Positions 51,054 to 61,288 of a stretch of DNA of 64,000 bases are shown here, piece after piece. A program made the translations under genes and the position numbers. The notes below the pieces were generated by a model that worked only from the letters and a program-made list of their open reading frames with translations, had not been told where the DNA came from and did no database searches. Numbering within the stretch: the stretch's first letter is position 1; each line of letters opens with the position of its first letter. Source of the stretch: Candidatus Omnitrophota bacterium (GTDB lineage Bacteria > Omnitrophota > Gorgyraeia > Gorgyraeales > Gorgyraeaceae). Location: assembly GCA_018819285.1 (NCBI GenBank), contig JAHJQM010000010.1, positions 10,930 to 74,929 of the forward strand. Reading direction: 5' to 3'.

Positions 51054-51992
51054 ATGCATTTGAAAATAATATTTTTCGGCAGCTCAAATTTTGCTGTACC
51101 TATATTAGAGGCACTTGCTAAGAACGAGAATATTGTTCTTGTGATTACGCAGCCAGACAGGCAAAAAGGCAGGTCTCTTAAGATAGCGCCTACAGCGGTA
51201 AAATCAAAAGCCGGAGAACTTAGGATTGAAACGTTTCAGCCTGTAAGAGTAAATTCCAAGGAATCCATAGAATTTCTTAAAAAATTTAATGCGGATTTGT
51301 TTATTGTAGCAAGCTTTGGCCAGATACTTTCGAAATTAGTACTGAGTTTACCAAAATTATATTGCCTGAATATCCATGCCTCGCTTTTACCGAAATATAG
51401 AGGGGCGGCTCCTATAAACTGGGCTATTGCTAATGGAGAAAAAGAGACAGGCGTAACCATTATGCGCATGAATGAAAAAATGGATGAAGGGGATGTTGTT
51501 CTTAAGGAAATATTGCCTGTAAGCGAACAGGATAACGCTGTTACATTATCCGAAAAACTTTCTATAAAAGGCGCAAATATTTTATTGGATACTATAAGGT
51601 TAATAAGAAACAATGAAGTTGAATTTATAGCGCAGGATCATAGTAAGGCAACTTATGCGCCTAAATTAAAAAAAGAAGACGGCCTGATTAACTGGGCTAA
51701 TAGCGCTGATGAAATCTGCAATAGAATCAGGGCTTTTACGCCATGGCCAGGATGTTTTATCTCGCTGGATAAAAAAATACTTAAGATATGGAAGGCAGGG
51801 CCAATTACGGATTTGATTGATAAAAAGTCAATGCCTGGCACAATATTAGGAGTCAGTAAAAATGGCATACTGGTTAAAACAGGGAAAGGGGCTTTAAAAA
51901 TAGAAGAGCTTCAATTAGAAAGTTCGCGAAGAATGACTGCAAAAGAATTTATAGCCGGTCACAAAAATTTTTCTTGCATAAATAATTTTTAA
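51054..51992 (+). CDS. fmt: Methionyl-tRNA formyltransferase
   Basis: TQPDR, NIHASLLPKYRGAAPI and MDEG motifs; follows def. Confidence 0.97.
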   Translation: MHLKIIFFGSSNFAVPILEALAKNENIVLVITQPDRQKGRSLKIAPTAVKSKAGELRIETFQPVRVNSKESIEFLKKFNADLFIVASFGQILSKLVLSLPKLYCLNIHASLLPKYRGAAPINWAIANGEKETGVTIMRMNEKMDEGDVVLKEILPVSEQDNAVTLSEKLSIKGANILLDTIRLIRNNEVEFIAQDHSKATYAPKLKKEDGLINWANSADEICNRIRAFTPWPGCFISLDKKILKIWKAGPITDLIDKKSMPGTILGVSKNGILVKTGKGALKIEELQLESSRRMTAKEFIAGHKNFSCINNF

Positions 51993-52031
51993 TGATATAA
52001 TTCAACCGTTGTATTAACAGTGGGAGTATAT

Positions 52032-52103
52032 TAATTCCTTAACCAATTTTGCCCAGCCGCTATGTGAAGCGACTGGCAAAATTCAGTGGTGACTATACAT
52101 ATG
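52032..52103 (+). repeat. Repeat family C, copy 3 (carries the SD of galT-like 1)
   Basis: taattccttaaccaatttt...aaaattcagtggtgactatacatATG. Confidence 0.85.
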
Positions 52104-53129
52104 CCAGAATTAAGACGAGATCCTGTAATAGGAAGATGGGTTATAATATCTACTGAGAGGGCTAAAAGGCCGAGCGATTTTAACATCAAGCATGCGGATG
52201 AACCAGAAATGGAATGTCCTTTTTGCGAAGGCCATGAAAAAAAGACGCCTACAGAAATATTTGCAATAAGAAAACCAGGCACAAAAAAAGATACCCCAGG
52301 CTGGAACGTGAGGGTTGTGCCCAGCATAGCTCCGAAATTCAAGATAGAAGGGGAACTTGAGAGGCGCGGAGCTGGGATGTATGATGTTATGAATAATATA
52401 GGCGCCCATGAAGTGCTAATAGAGTCCCCTAAGCACCTTACTGATATATATCAATTATCAGAACTTGAAATACAAGATGTAATTAATGCTTCTATCTATC
52501 GCATCAGCGAACTCGAAAAAGACATTCGTTTTAAATATTGCCTTTTATTTAAAAATCACGGATTGAAAGCAGGAGGCAGTAAGAAAACAAAACACCTCAG
52601 GTCTCAGCTTATCGCAACGCCTGTTACGCCTACAAGAGTCAAAGAGGAACTCAGGGGCTCCATGTTTTATTTCGAATATAAAGAAAGGTGTATTTTCTGC
52701 GACATTATACGCCAGGAAATAGAAACAGGCGCAAGGATCATAATGGAGACAAAAACCATTGTGGCAATTGCGCCTTTTGCTTCAAGGTTTCCTTTTGAGA
52801 TATGGATAATGCCTAAAATTCACAGGGCAGATTTTATGAATATACAGGCTGATGAAATAAAAGATCTGGCAAATGTTTTAAAGACAGTATTTGCTAAACT
52901 TTCAAAGATATTGAACGACCCACCATATAATTATATGCTGCATACAGCTCCTTTCAGGCGGACAAGAAGACCTGGATATTGGCATACGATAGAAGAGGAT
53001 TATCATTGGCATATTGAAGTTATGCCAAGGATAACGCAGGTAGCTGGTTTTGAGTGGGGTTCAGGATTTTACATAAATCCTACTCCTCCGGAAGAAGCGG
53101 CAAAGCATTTACGTGAGGTAATTTTATAA
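52101..53129 (+). CDS. GalT-like (HIT superfamily) nucleotidyltransferase paralog 1, catalytic His apparently replaced
   Basis: ELRRDP..GRWV, CPFC, GAHEV, FKNHG and AGFEWGSG motifs; HLRSQ in place of HxHxQ. Confidence 0.85.
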   Translation: MPELRRDPVIGRWVIISTERAKRPSDFNIKHADEPEMECPFCEGHEKKTPTEIFAIRKPGTKKDTPGWNVRVVPSIAPKFKIEGELERRGAGMYDVMNNIGAHEVLIESPKHLTDIYQLSELEIQDVINASIYRISELEKDIRFKYCLLFKNHGLKAGGSKKTKHLRSQLIATPVTPTRVKEELRGSMFYFEYKERCIFCDIIRQEIETGARIIMETKTIVAIAPFASRFPFEIWIMPKIHRADFMNIQADEIKDLANVLKTVFAKLSKILNDPPYNYMLHTAPFRRTRRPGYWHTIEEDYHWHIEVMPRITQVAGFEWGSGFYINPTPPEEAAKHLREVIL

Positions 53130-54133
53130 TGAGTCAATTGCGAAGAGATCCAATAACAGGAAGATGGGTGGAGATAGCTGTCTCTCATCCAAAAAAATGT
53201 AATGAATTTGACATGAAACCGCAGACTAAGAAAGGCGGGACATGTCCTTTTTGTCCTGGAAACGAAAAGATGACGCCTCCTGAAATAGAGGCAGTTAGAG
53301 GCCTTAAGACAGAGCCTGATACCCCAGGCTGGACAGTCAGAGTTGTCTCTAATAAATTTCCTGCGTTGAAGATAGAAGGAGAGCTGGATAGGCGCGGCAT
53401 AGGTATGTTTGATATGTCAAACGGCATTGGCGCACACGAGGTAATAGTTGAAAATACAGATCATTATAAAAACCTGGCTGACCTGACGCAGGATGAGATA
53501 AGAGATGTGATATCAAAATATAAATCCAGGACCATAGATCTGGAAAATGATGCAAGGTTCAGATATATTTTACTTTTTAAAAATCACGGGGAATCTGCAG
53601 GCGCGTCGCTTGAGCATTCGCATACCCAGCTAGTAGCATTGCCTATTGTGCCTAAGAGGGTTAAGGAAGAATTAAAAGGCGCCCAGAATTATTTTAAATA
53701 CAGAGAGAGATGCGTTTTCTGCGATATGATAGCGCAGGAGCAGCAGGAAAAAGAGAGAATAGTGTTTGAAAATAAACATTTTCTAGCATTTTGCCCTTTC
53801 GTGTCTCGCTTTCCATTCGAGATATGGTTATTGCCAAAATCTCATAGCTCTGAATTTAAATCAATAGATGATTCTGCGATTTACGATATGGCAGGCGCAT
53901 TAAAAGAAGTCCTTGTGAGGTTGAAATTAAGACTTAATGACCCTGCGTATAATTTTATAATTCACACTGCGCCTATTAGAGACGGGGTTTATGAAGAATT
54001 CCATTGGCATCTTGAGATAATGCCCAAATTGACAAATGTAGCTGGTTTTGAATGGGGTTCAGGCCTCTATATAAATCCTTCCTCGCCTGAAATAACTGCT
54101 AAGTGCTTAAGAGAAACGTGCACAGCAAAGTAA
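53129..54133 (+). CDS. galT: GalT-like hexose-1-phosphate uridylyl/adenylyltransferase paralog 2
   Basis: CPFCPGNE, NKFPAL, GASLEHSHTQ (intact HxHxQ) and AGFEWGSG motifs. Confidence 0.85.
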   Translation: MSQLRRDPITGRWVEIAVSHPKKCNEFDMKPQTKKGGTCPFCPGNEKMTPPEIEAVRGLKTEPDTPGWTVRVVSNKFPALKIEGELDRRGIGMFDMSNGIGAHEVIVENTDHYKNLADLTQDEIRDVISKYKSRTIDLENDARFRYILLFKNHGESAGASLEHSHTQLVALPIVPKRVKEELKGAQNYFKYRERCVFCDMIAQEQQEKERIVFENKHFLAFCPFVSRFPFEIWLLPKSHSSEFKSIDDSAIYDMAGALKEVLVRLKLRLNDPAYNFIIHTAPIRDGVYEEFHWHLEIMPKLTNVAGFEWGSGLYINPSSPEITAKCLRETCTAK

Positions 54134-54175
54134 AATATAATTCACATTAAGAGTAGAGAAAATAAAATAGGTTAA

Positions 54176-55288
<1,113 letters not shown>

Positions 55289-55292
55289 GTGA

Positions 55293-55474
55293 GGACATGA
55301 CTTACGGAGTCCGAAGGACGACATAAGTCATATGTCCGAACTTATCCTCGCCATTTTGCGGGGGATTTGAACAAACTAGAAGCCGGTTATTTTAATGTAC
55401 TACGCAAAATGGCAAGGATTAATTCGCGCATTGACTTACGTTCACTCGCTATGCTCGTTCCGTAAGTCAAGCGC
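55293..55474. repeat. Array of three hairpins between gap and the kinase gene
   Basis: ggacatgactta..taagtcatatgtcc; atcctcgccattttgcg..cgcaaaatggcaaggat; gcgcattgacttacg..cgtaagtcaagcgc. Confidence 0.75.
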
Positions 55475-55481
55475 TCACTAA

Positions 55482-56159
55482 ATGGAAAATGCTGAGGCAA
55501 GGGAATTTTCAAAGAAGATACTAGCTATCCAGGAAGAGGAAAGGCATAGGATATCTCGGGATCTTCATGACGAGATAGGCCAATTCTCAGTATCTCTTGG
55601 CTCAGCGTTGAACATAATTGAAAAAGAGATAACGAAACGTAATCTCGATAGCGCCCTCCGCGTAATAAAAGACGCAAAAATAATCTTAGCTAATACAGCA
55701 GAGAAAATCAGAGCGCTTTTTATAGACCTGAGGCCTGCGGAGTTAGGCATGCTTGGACTTCCGTCAGTCTTGCGCGAACTTTTCTCGCATTACACAAAGT
55801 CATATCCTTTAAATATAAAATTCAAAGAAAATATAGGCAATATTCATATAAAGGAAGAGGTGGCGATTACCCTGTACAGGGTAATACAGGAGGCATTTAA
55901 TAATATTGTAAAGCATGCAAAGGCAAGAAATGTAAAGATAGAGTTATTGCTTAAAAAAGGAGAAATAAGTTTTACAATAGAAGACGATGGAATAGGGTTT
56001 GATGCAGAGGTATTTTTCAAAGATATAAACATGGATAAGCTTGGTTTACGTGGGATGAGAGAGCGGGTGGATTTATTGGATGGAAAGTTTTTACTGCAGT
56101 CTAAATCTAAGAATGGGACAAATATAAATGTAACTTTTCCAATAATTGAAGAGGCGTAA
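55482..56159 (+). CDS. HisKA_3-type histidine kinase lacking an input domain
   Basis: EEERHRISRDLHDEIGQ, LRP, QEAFNNIVKHA, DDGIGF and GLRGMRER motifs. Confidence 0.9.
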   Translation: MENAEAREFSKKILAIQEEERHRISRDLHDEIGQFSVSLGSALNIIEKEITKRNLDSALRVIKDAKIILANTAEKIRALFIDLRPAELGMLGLPSVLRELFSHYTKSYPLNIKFKENIGNIHIKEEVAITLYRVIQEAFNNIVKHAKARNVKIELLLKKGEISFTIEDDGIGFDAEVFFKDINMDKLGLRGMRERVDLLDGKFLLQSKSKNGTNINVTFPIIEEA

Positions 56160-56812
56160 TGATGGCTATAGAAGTAGTCCTGGCGGATGACCATGCGATA
56201 GTAAGACAGGGCTTAAGCGCTGTGATATCTCAGGAACAAGATATAAAGGTTATCAAAGAGGCGTCAAATGGTAAAGAGGTTGTGGATATTGCAAAGAATG
56301 CTTCAGTGGATATATTCATAATTGATATAACCATGCCTATATTAAATGGCCTTGAGGCCTCAAGCCAGATAATGCAGATTAACCCAAGGAATAAAGTAAT
56401 TATACTAAGCATGCATGATAATAGGGCATTTATAGAGAGGGCTTTAAGCCTGGGAATAAAAGGGTATGTGTTAAAAGATTCAGCAGCCGATGAGATTATT
56501 CAGGCCATACGAGTAGTTTACAAGAATGAATATTTTCTTAGTCCTAGGATATCCACATTTGTAATACAGGATTACATTGATTCAAGAGGCCAGAAGATAG
56601 GAGAAAAAAAGATAGTCAGTCTTACTGGGAGAGAAAGAGAGGTTCTTCAACTTATTGCAGAAGGCTATATAAATAAGGAAGTTGCGACACATCTTAAGAT
56701 TTCTTTAAAGACCGCGCTTGCCCACAGAAATAATATAATGCAGAAACTCGGGATACACCGCCAAGCAGACCTCATTAAATATGCACTCAAAGAAGGTATA
56801 ACCACTATATAG
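56159..56812 (+). CDS. NarL/LuxR-family response regulator
   Basis: LADDHAIVRQG, DITMP, GYVLK and LTGREREVL...HRNNIMQKLG motifs. Confidence 0.95.
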   Translation: MMAIEVVLADDHAIVRQGLSAVISQEQDIKVIKEASNGKEVVDIAKNASVDIFIIDITMPILNGLEASSQIMQINPRNKVIILSMHDNRAFIERALSLGIKGYVLKDSAADEIIQAIRVVYKNEYFLSPRISTFVIQDYIDSRGQKIGEKKIVSLTGREREVLQLIAEGYINKEVATHLKISLKTALAHRNNIMQKLGIHRQADLIKYALKEGITTI

Positions 56813-56825
56813 TAACCACTATATA
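56799..56825. repeat. Short tandem duplication at the regulator stop
   Basis: taaccactatata-g-taaccactatata. Confidence 0.8.
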
Positions 56826-56852
56826 TTGTATAGGAAAAAAAGCTCTCTAAAG

Positions 56853-56868
56853 TAGGTAGTTATACCTA
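56853..56868. promoter_or_regulatory. Putative response-regulator operator
   Basis: TAGGTA-gtta-TACCTA inverted repeat between the regulator and the glycogen cluster. Confidence 0.5.
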
Positions 56869-56944
56869 TTTACAGATGCTGGGCTTTCTGGTATCATTTG
56901 GGCTCACGCGATTGGTGTCATACGCCAAAAAAAAGGAGGGGGAA

Positions 56945-57220
56945 ATGGCTATTAAGAAATGTTCGTCAAAAAAGGTGATTTTTAAGATAAGCGCGCCAAC
57001 TGCAAAGGATGTGCGCCTGGCAGGAGATTTTAATTCATGGGATGCATCTAGAGCCAATCTTAAAAAATCTAAAGATGGAGTATGGACAAGAGATTTGACC
57101 CTTAAGTCTGGACGTTATGAGTATAAATATTTAATTGACGGCCAATGGCAGAGAGACCCTTTAAATAATCTTTTCATAGTAAACGCTTTCGGTTCAGAAA
57201 ATTCAGTAATCGAGTTATAA
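56945..57220 (+). CDS. Stand-alone CBM48/AMPK-type glycogen-binding domain protein
   Basis: V.LAGDFNSW...GVW...L..GRYEYKYLIDGQWQRDP...FGSENS; AGGAGG SD. Confidence 0.88.
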   Translation: MAIKKCSSKKVIFKISAPTAKDVRLAGDFNSWDASRANLKKSKDGVWTRDLTLKSGRYEYKYLIDGQWQRDPLNNLFIVNAFGSENSVIEL

Positions 57221-57255
57221 GTTTACACTCTGACATTGTCAAAGTGTAAACTTAT
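57217..57255. repeat. Palindromic repeat family A, copy 7 (TTTACAC/GTGTAAA variant)
   Basis: ataagtttacactctgacattgtcaaagtgtaaacttat; includes the TAA stop of the CBM48 gene. Confidence 0.93.
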
Positions 57256-57269
57256 TTAGGCGGAGGAGT

Positions 57270-58430
57270 ATGCGGATAGCCATATTTTCATGGGAATCTA
57301 TGCATTCTATTTGCGTGGGCGGGGTGGGCGTGCACGTTACAGAACTTGCATGCGGCCTTGAGCGTAAAGGCAATGAGGTTCATGTTTTTACGCGAGCTGG
57401 TAACTCTGATCAGGCATGGTATGAATGCATTCACGGCGTACATTACCATAGATGCCATTTTAACCAGAGCCCTGATTTTGTAGAAGAAATAAACAATATG
57501 TGCCGTTCTTTTGTGAATGCATTTTTCCAAACAGAGAGCGTCACAGGCCCTTTTGATGTGATTCATAGCCATGACTGGCTGACCTCAAACGCAATGGTCT
57601 GGATAAAACAGGTTAGGCCAAGCAAGGCTGTTCTTACTATACACTCAACTGAATATGGCAGGTGTGGAAACAATTTTCATGACGGCGATTCTGCAAAGAT
57701 CAGAGACCATGAAAGACATGGCACATACTGCGCAGACCATGTAATCAGTGTTTCAAATGCGCTTAAGGCTGAAATTCAGTGGATGTATAATGTGCCTGAC
57801 TGGAAGGCGGACGTAGTATATAATGGAGTTAATTACAAGAATTTTGACGGCTGGATAGATCCTGCGGCAGTCCGGCGTTATTATGGAATAGGGCCTATGG
57901 ATCCAATGGTTCTTTTTGTGGGCAGGATTGTTTATCAAAAAGGCCCGGATCTTTTGATAGAGGCTATTTCGCATATACTTAAATATTACAATAATGCAAA
58001 GTTTGTTTTTGTGGGAGACGGAGAGATGCGCTGGGGCGTGGAGGATAGGGCAAAAGAGATCGGCGTTCATCACGCCACAAGGTTTATAGGCTTTAATAAT
58101 GGATGGAAGCTTTCCGATCTTTACAAGGCAACAGACATTGTGTGCATGCCTTCGAGAAACGAGCCTTTTGGAATAGTCTTATTAGAGGCGTGGAGCGCAG
58201 GGAAGCCTGTGGTGGCCACTTCAAACGGCGGGCCCGGGGAAATAATATGGCATGACATAACAGGTTTAAAAGTTTATCCAAATCCTGAATCAATAGCATG
58301 GGGCGTAGGCACTGCGTTTTCAGATTTTGACCACGCAAGGTGGATGGGCGCTAATGGCAGGATTGCAGTTGAAACTGTTTTTTCCTGGGATGCTGTAGCT
58401 GACCAGGTATTGGACATTTATGGCCGTTAA
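57270..58430 (+). CDS. Glycosyltransferase family 4 (possible glycogen synthase-like)
   Basis: SWE...GGVGVHV, HSHDW, FVGR..QKG and EPFGIVLLEA motifs. Confidence 0.9.
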   Translation: MRIAIFSWESMHSICVGGVGVHVTELACGLERKGNEVHVFTRAGNSDQAWYECIHGVHYHRCHFNQSPDFVEEINNMCRSFVNAFFQTESVTGPFDVIHSHDWLTSNAMVWIKQVRPSKAVLTIHSTEYGRCGNNFHDGDSAKIRDHERHGTYCADHVISVSNALKAEIQWMYNVPDWKADVVYNGVNYKNFDGWIDPAAVRRYYGIGPMDPMVLFVGRIVYQKGPDLLIEAISHILKYYNNAKFVFVGDGEMRWGVEDRAKEIGVHHATRFIGFNNGWKLSDLYKATDIVCMPSRNEPFGIVLLEAWSAGKPVVATSNGGPGEIIWHDITGLKVYPNPESIAWGVGTAFSDFDHARWMGANGRIAVETVFSWDAVADQVLDIYGR

Positions 58431-59670
58431 AAAACCAAAAATTAAAAAAAGAAATTCTATAGAACGCGTTTATAAAGATGGGAGAGAGGCTATTATAAAG
58501 GCTATGAAGAAGAAGCCGCTCCTACAAAAGAAAACTCCGCGAGTAACGGCTACTGTTTCCAGTGTGGTCAAGCCCGCTGTAATTCTAGAAAAAAAAGTAC
58601 AATCAACGCCCATAACAATAAATGAGTACGAACTCCCTTCTTATAACAATACAACAAGGATTACTTTGATAGCAAAAGACCCTTTCTGGGTATATGCTTA
58701 CTGGGAAATTGCCGAGAGTTCAATAGAAGACGTAAAGCGCCAGTTAGGCGGCAACTTGGACGGCACAAGGTTTATTGTCCGTATGTATGATGTGACATAT
58801 AAAGATTTTAACGGGTTTAACGCCAATCATTGGTTTGATATAGAAGTAGGCCGGTATTCAAATAACTGGTATATAAGCTTATGGAATGACAATGTATCTT
58901 ATTGTGCAGATTTAGGCATAGTCCATGCTTCCGGAAGATTTTTCCCGATAGCCAGGTCTAATTTTGTGCATACGCCTCGGTCCAATTCATCTAACAGGTT
59001 TGAAGAGATATGGATGGACCTTGCTCAGGAGCAGGAGCTCTCAGGTGCGCCGACGCCTTGCAATAAAATTAAAGGAGCTGCCTATCCTAAGACAGGTCAA
59101 AGGGTTCAATACGATGCAGCAGGCAGGTTCAGCTACTCTAGCGTATCTAAAAAAAGAAAGCTTTACCTTAGTGAAGCAGATTTAAGAGCGTATTACAGTA
59201 AATTTTCTCCTTTATTGAGAAAACGGTTGTTCTTGCGTATTTCCAGAAAAAAAATATACAAGTATTTATATTCCAAGATGTCAGGCGCAGAATGGCAGGA
59301 CTTGCTTTATTTTAGAAGGCTACATGAGGCAAAATTTGGCAGAAAGATTATGATTGGCGCCTCTGAATTTACATATCTGGGCGGAAGCGAAAATCTTCAA
59401 GGCGGGGCAAGCGAATTTGTCCAGCCGGATAAAAAACGCAAATTCTTTTTTGAAATAGGCGCAGAGCTTATTGTTTATGGCCGCACAGAACCTGACGCAG
59501 AGGTAATGCTTGGGGATAAAAAAGTGGATCTCAAGCCTGACGGAACTTTCAGCATGAGGTTTGCGCTTCCTGATGGGAAAATCCCGTTACCTTTTATAGC
59601 CACTTCAAAAGATAAAATAGATATTAGGAAAATTACAACCCAAGTAGAACGCAACACATCCTATGCATAA
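58420..59670 (+). CDS. DUF4912 domain protein
   Basis: LPSY..TRITLIAKDPFWVYAYWE...ARSNFVHTP; C-terminal AELIVYGRTEPDA...DGTFS.RF.LPDG. Confidence 0.85.
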   Translation: MAVKKPKIKKRNSIERVYKDGREAIIKAMKKKPLLQKKTPRVTATVSSVVKPAVILEKKVQSTPITINEYELPSYNNTTRITLIAKDPFWVYAYWEIAESSIEDVKRQLGGNLDGTRFIVRMYDVTYKDFNGFNANHWFDIEVGRYSNNWYISLWNDNVSYCADLGIVHASGRFFPIARSNFVHTPRSNSSNRFEEIWMDLAQEQELSGAPTPCNKIKGAAYPKTGQRVQYDAAGRFSYSSVSKKRKLYLSEADLRAYYSKFSPLLRKRLFLRISRKKIYKYLYSKMSGAEWQDLLYFRRLHEAKFGRKIMIGASEFTYLGGSENLQGGASEFVQPDKKRKFFFEIGAELIVYGRTEPDAEVMLGDKKVDLKPDGTFSMRFALPDGKIPLPFIATSKDKIDIRKITTQVERNTSYA

Positions 59671-61288
59671 AGGTTATCTATGTTTAGTTCTTCATGCACA
59701 CCTTCCATTTGTCAGACATCCTGAAGAGGAGAATTTTCTTGAGGAGAACTGGCTCTACGAAGCCATCACAGAAACTTATATACCTTTTATACAAGTTTTT
59801 GAAAAATTAATCGAAGACCATGTGGATTTCCGCATAACAATGTCCCTGACGCCCACCTTGGCGTCCATGCTTCAGGACGAACTCCTTCAAAACAGATATA
59901 TAAGGCATATTGATAAATTAATAGAACTTGCTGACAAGGAGGTCCAGCGCACAGGCTATGACCCTAAATTTCACGGCCTTGCCCTGATGTATTACAGGAA
60001 GTTTGTGGAGACAAGAGAGATATTTATAGATAAATGCAAAAAAGACCTGGTATCCGCATTTAAAAGATTCCAGGATCTTGGATGTGTTGAGATACTTGCT
60101 TCCTGCGCTACTCACGGATTTCTTCCTATATTAGGTGTAAATCCAACTGATGCAGATGCCCAGGTAAAAGTTGGCGTTGAACATTACAGAAAGACATTCG
60201 GCAGGGACCCTGTTGGGTTCTGGCTTCCTGAATGTGGATATGCCCCAGGCATTGACAATTTTTTAGCAGACTCTGGGATTAAATATTTCTTTGTAGATTC
60301 GCATGGAATTGTAAACGCAGATCCAACGCCAAAGTATAGCGTATACGCGCCTTTATACTGCCCTTCAGGAGTTGCCGCATTCGGGAGAGACTGGGAATCT
60401 TCCAAGCAGGTCTGGAGCTCAAAAGAAGGTTATCCAGGAGACCCTGATTACAGGGAATACTATAAGGATATAGGCCATGAATTGGAGTATGAGTATATAA
60501 AACCGTATATTCATCCAATTGGATTCAGGATAAATACAGGGCTTAAATACTGGAGGATAACAGGAGGTACTGATCATAAGGAGCCGTATGTGCCTGAATG
60601 GGCAAAGGAAAAAGCAGCTACGCACGCAGGGAACTTTATGTTTAACCGCGAAAAACAGATAGAGCATATTGCGTATCATATGGACAGAAAGCCTATGATC
60701 ATTTCTCCTTATGACGCAGAATTATTCGGGCACTGGTGGTTTGAAGGCCCGATGTGGATTGATTTTTTGATACGTAAAATTGCGTATGACCAAAAAACAG
60801 TAAAGCTTGCCACGCCGTCAGATTATCTAAGAGAATACCCTGTTAACCAGATGTCGGTTCCGTCAACATCTACTTGGGGTTATAAAGGTTATAATGAGGT
60901 TTGGCTGGAAGGAAGCAACGACTGGATTTACAAACATCTGCATGTTGCAGGCGAGAGGATGAAAGAATTGGCTGAAAGATTTTTCGATTGCATGGAAAAG
61001 GACAAAAATGACCTGGAGAGACGCGCATTGAATCAGGCTGCGAGAGAGCTTCTCCTTGCGCAGGCAAGCGATTGGCCATTTATAATGAAAACAGGCACGA
61101 TGGTAGAATATGCTAATAAAAGGGTGAAGCTTCACATAAATAGATTTACACATATTTACAAGGATATGCTGAACGGCTCTATTGATAAAGAATGGCTTAA
61201 AGAGGTTGAATCAAGGGATAATATTTTTTCTGATATGGATTGTGCTAAATATTATATTCAAAACAAAATAAGTAAAGGAGTGGTATGA
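59663..61288 (+). CDS. GH57 1,4-alpha-glucan branching enzyme (DUF1957)
   Basis: LHAHLPFV, ETYIP, GFWLPECGY, YDAELFGHWWFEG and LAQASDWPF motifs. Confidence 0.93.
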   Translation: MHKGYLCLVLHAHLPFVRHPEEENFLEENWLYEAITETYIPFIQVFEKLIEDHVDFRITMSLTPTLASMLQDELLQNRYIRHIDKLIELADKEVQRTGYDPKFHGLALMYYRKFVETREIFIDKCKKDLVSAFKRFQDLGCVEILASCATHGFLPILGVNPTDADAQVKVGVEHYRKTFGRDPVGFWLPECGYAPGIDNFLADSGIKYFFVDSHGIVNADPTPKYSVYAPLYCPSGVAAFGRDWESSKQVWSSKEGYPGDPDYREYYKDIGHELEYEYIKPYIHPIGFRINTGLKYWRITGGTDHKEPYVPEWAKEKAATHAGNFMFNREKQIEHIAYHMDRKPMIISPYDAELFGHWWFEGPMWIDFLIRKIAYDQKTVKLATPSDYLREYPVNQMSVPSTSTWGYKGYNEVWLEGSNDWIYKHLHVAGERMKELAERFFDCMEKDKNDLERRALNQAARELLLAQASDWPFIMKTGTMVEYANKRVKLHINRFTHIYKDMLNGSIDKEWLKEVESRDNIFSDMDCAKYYIQNKISKGVV

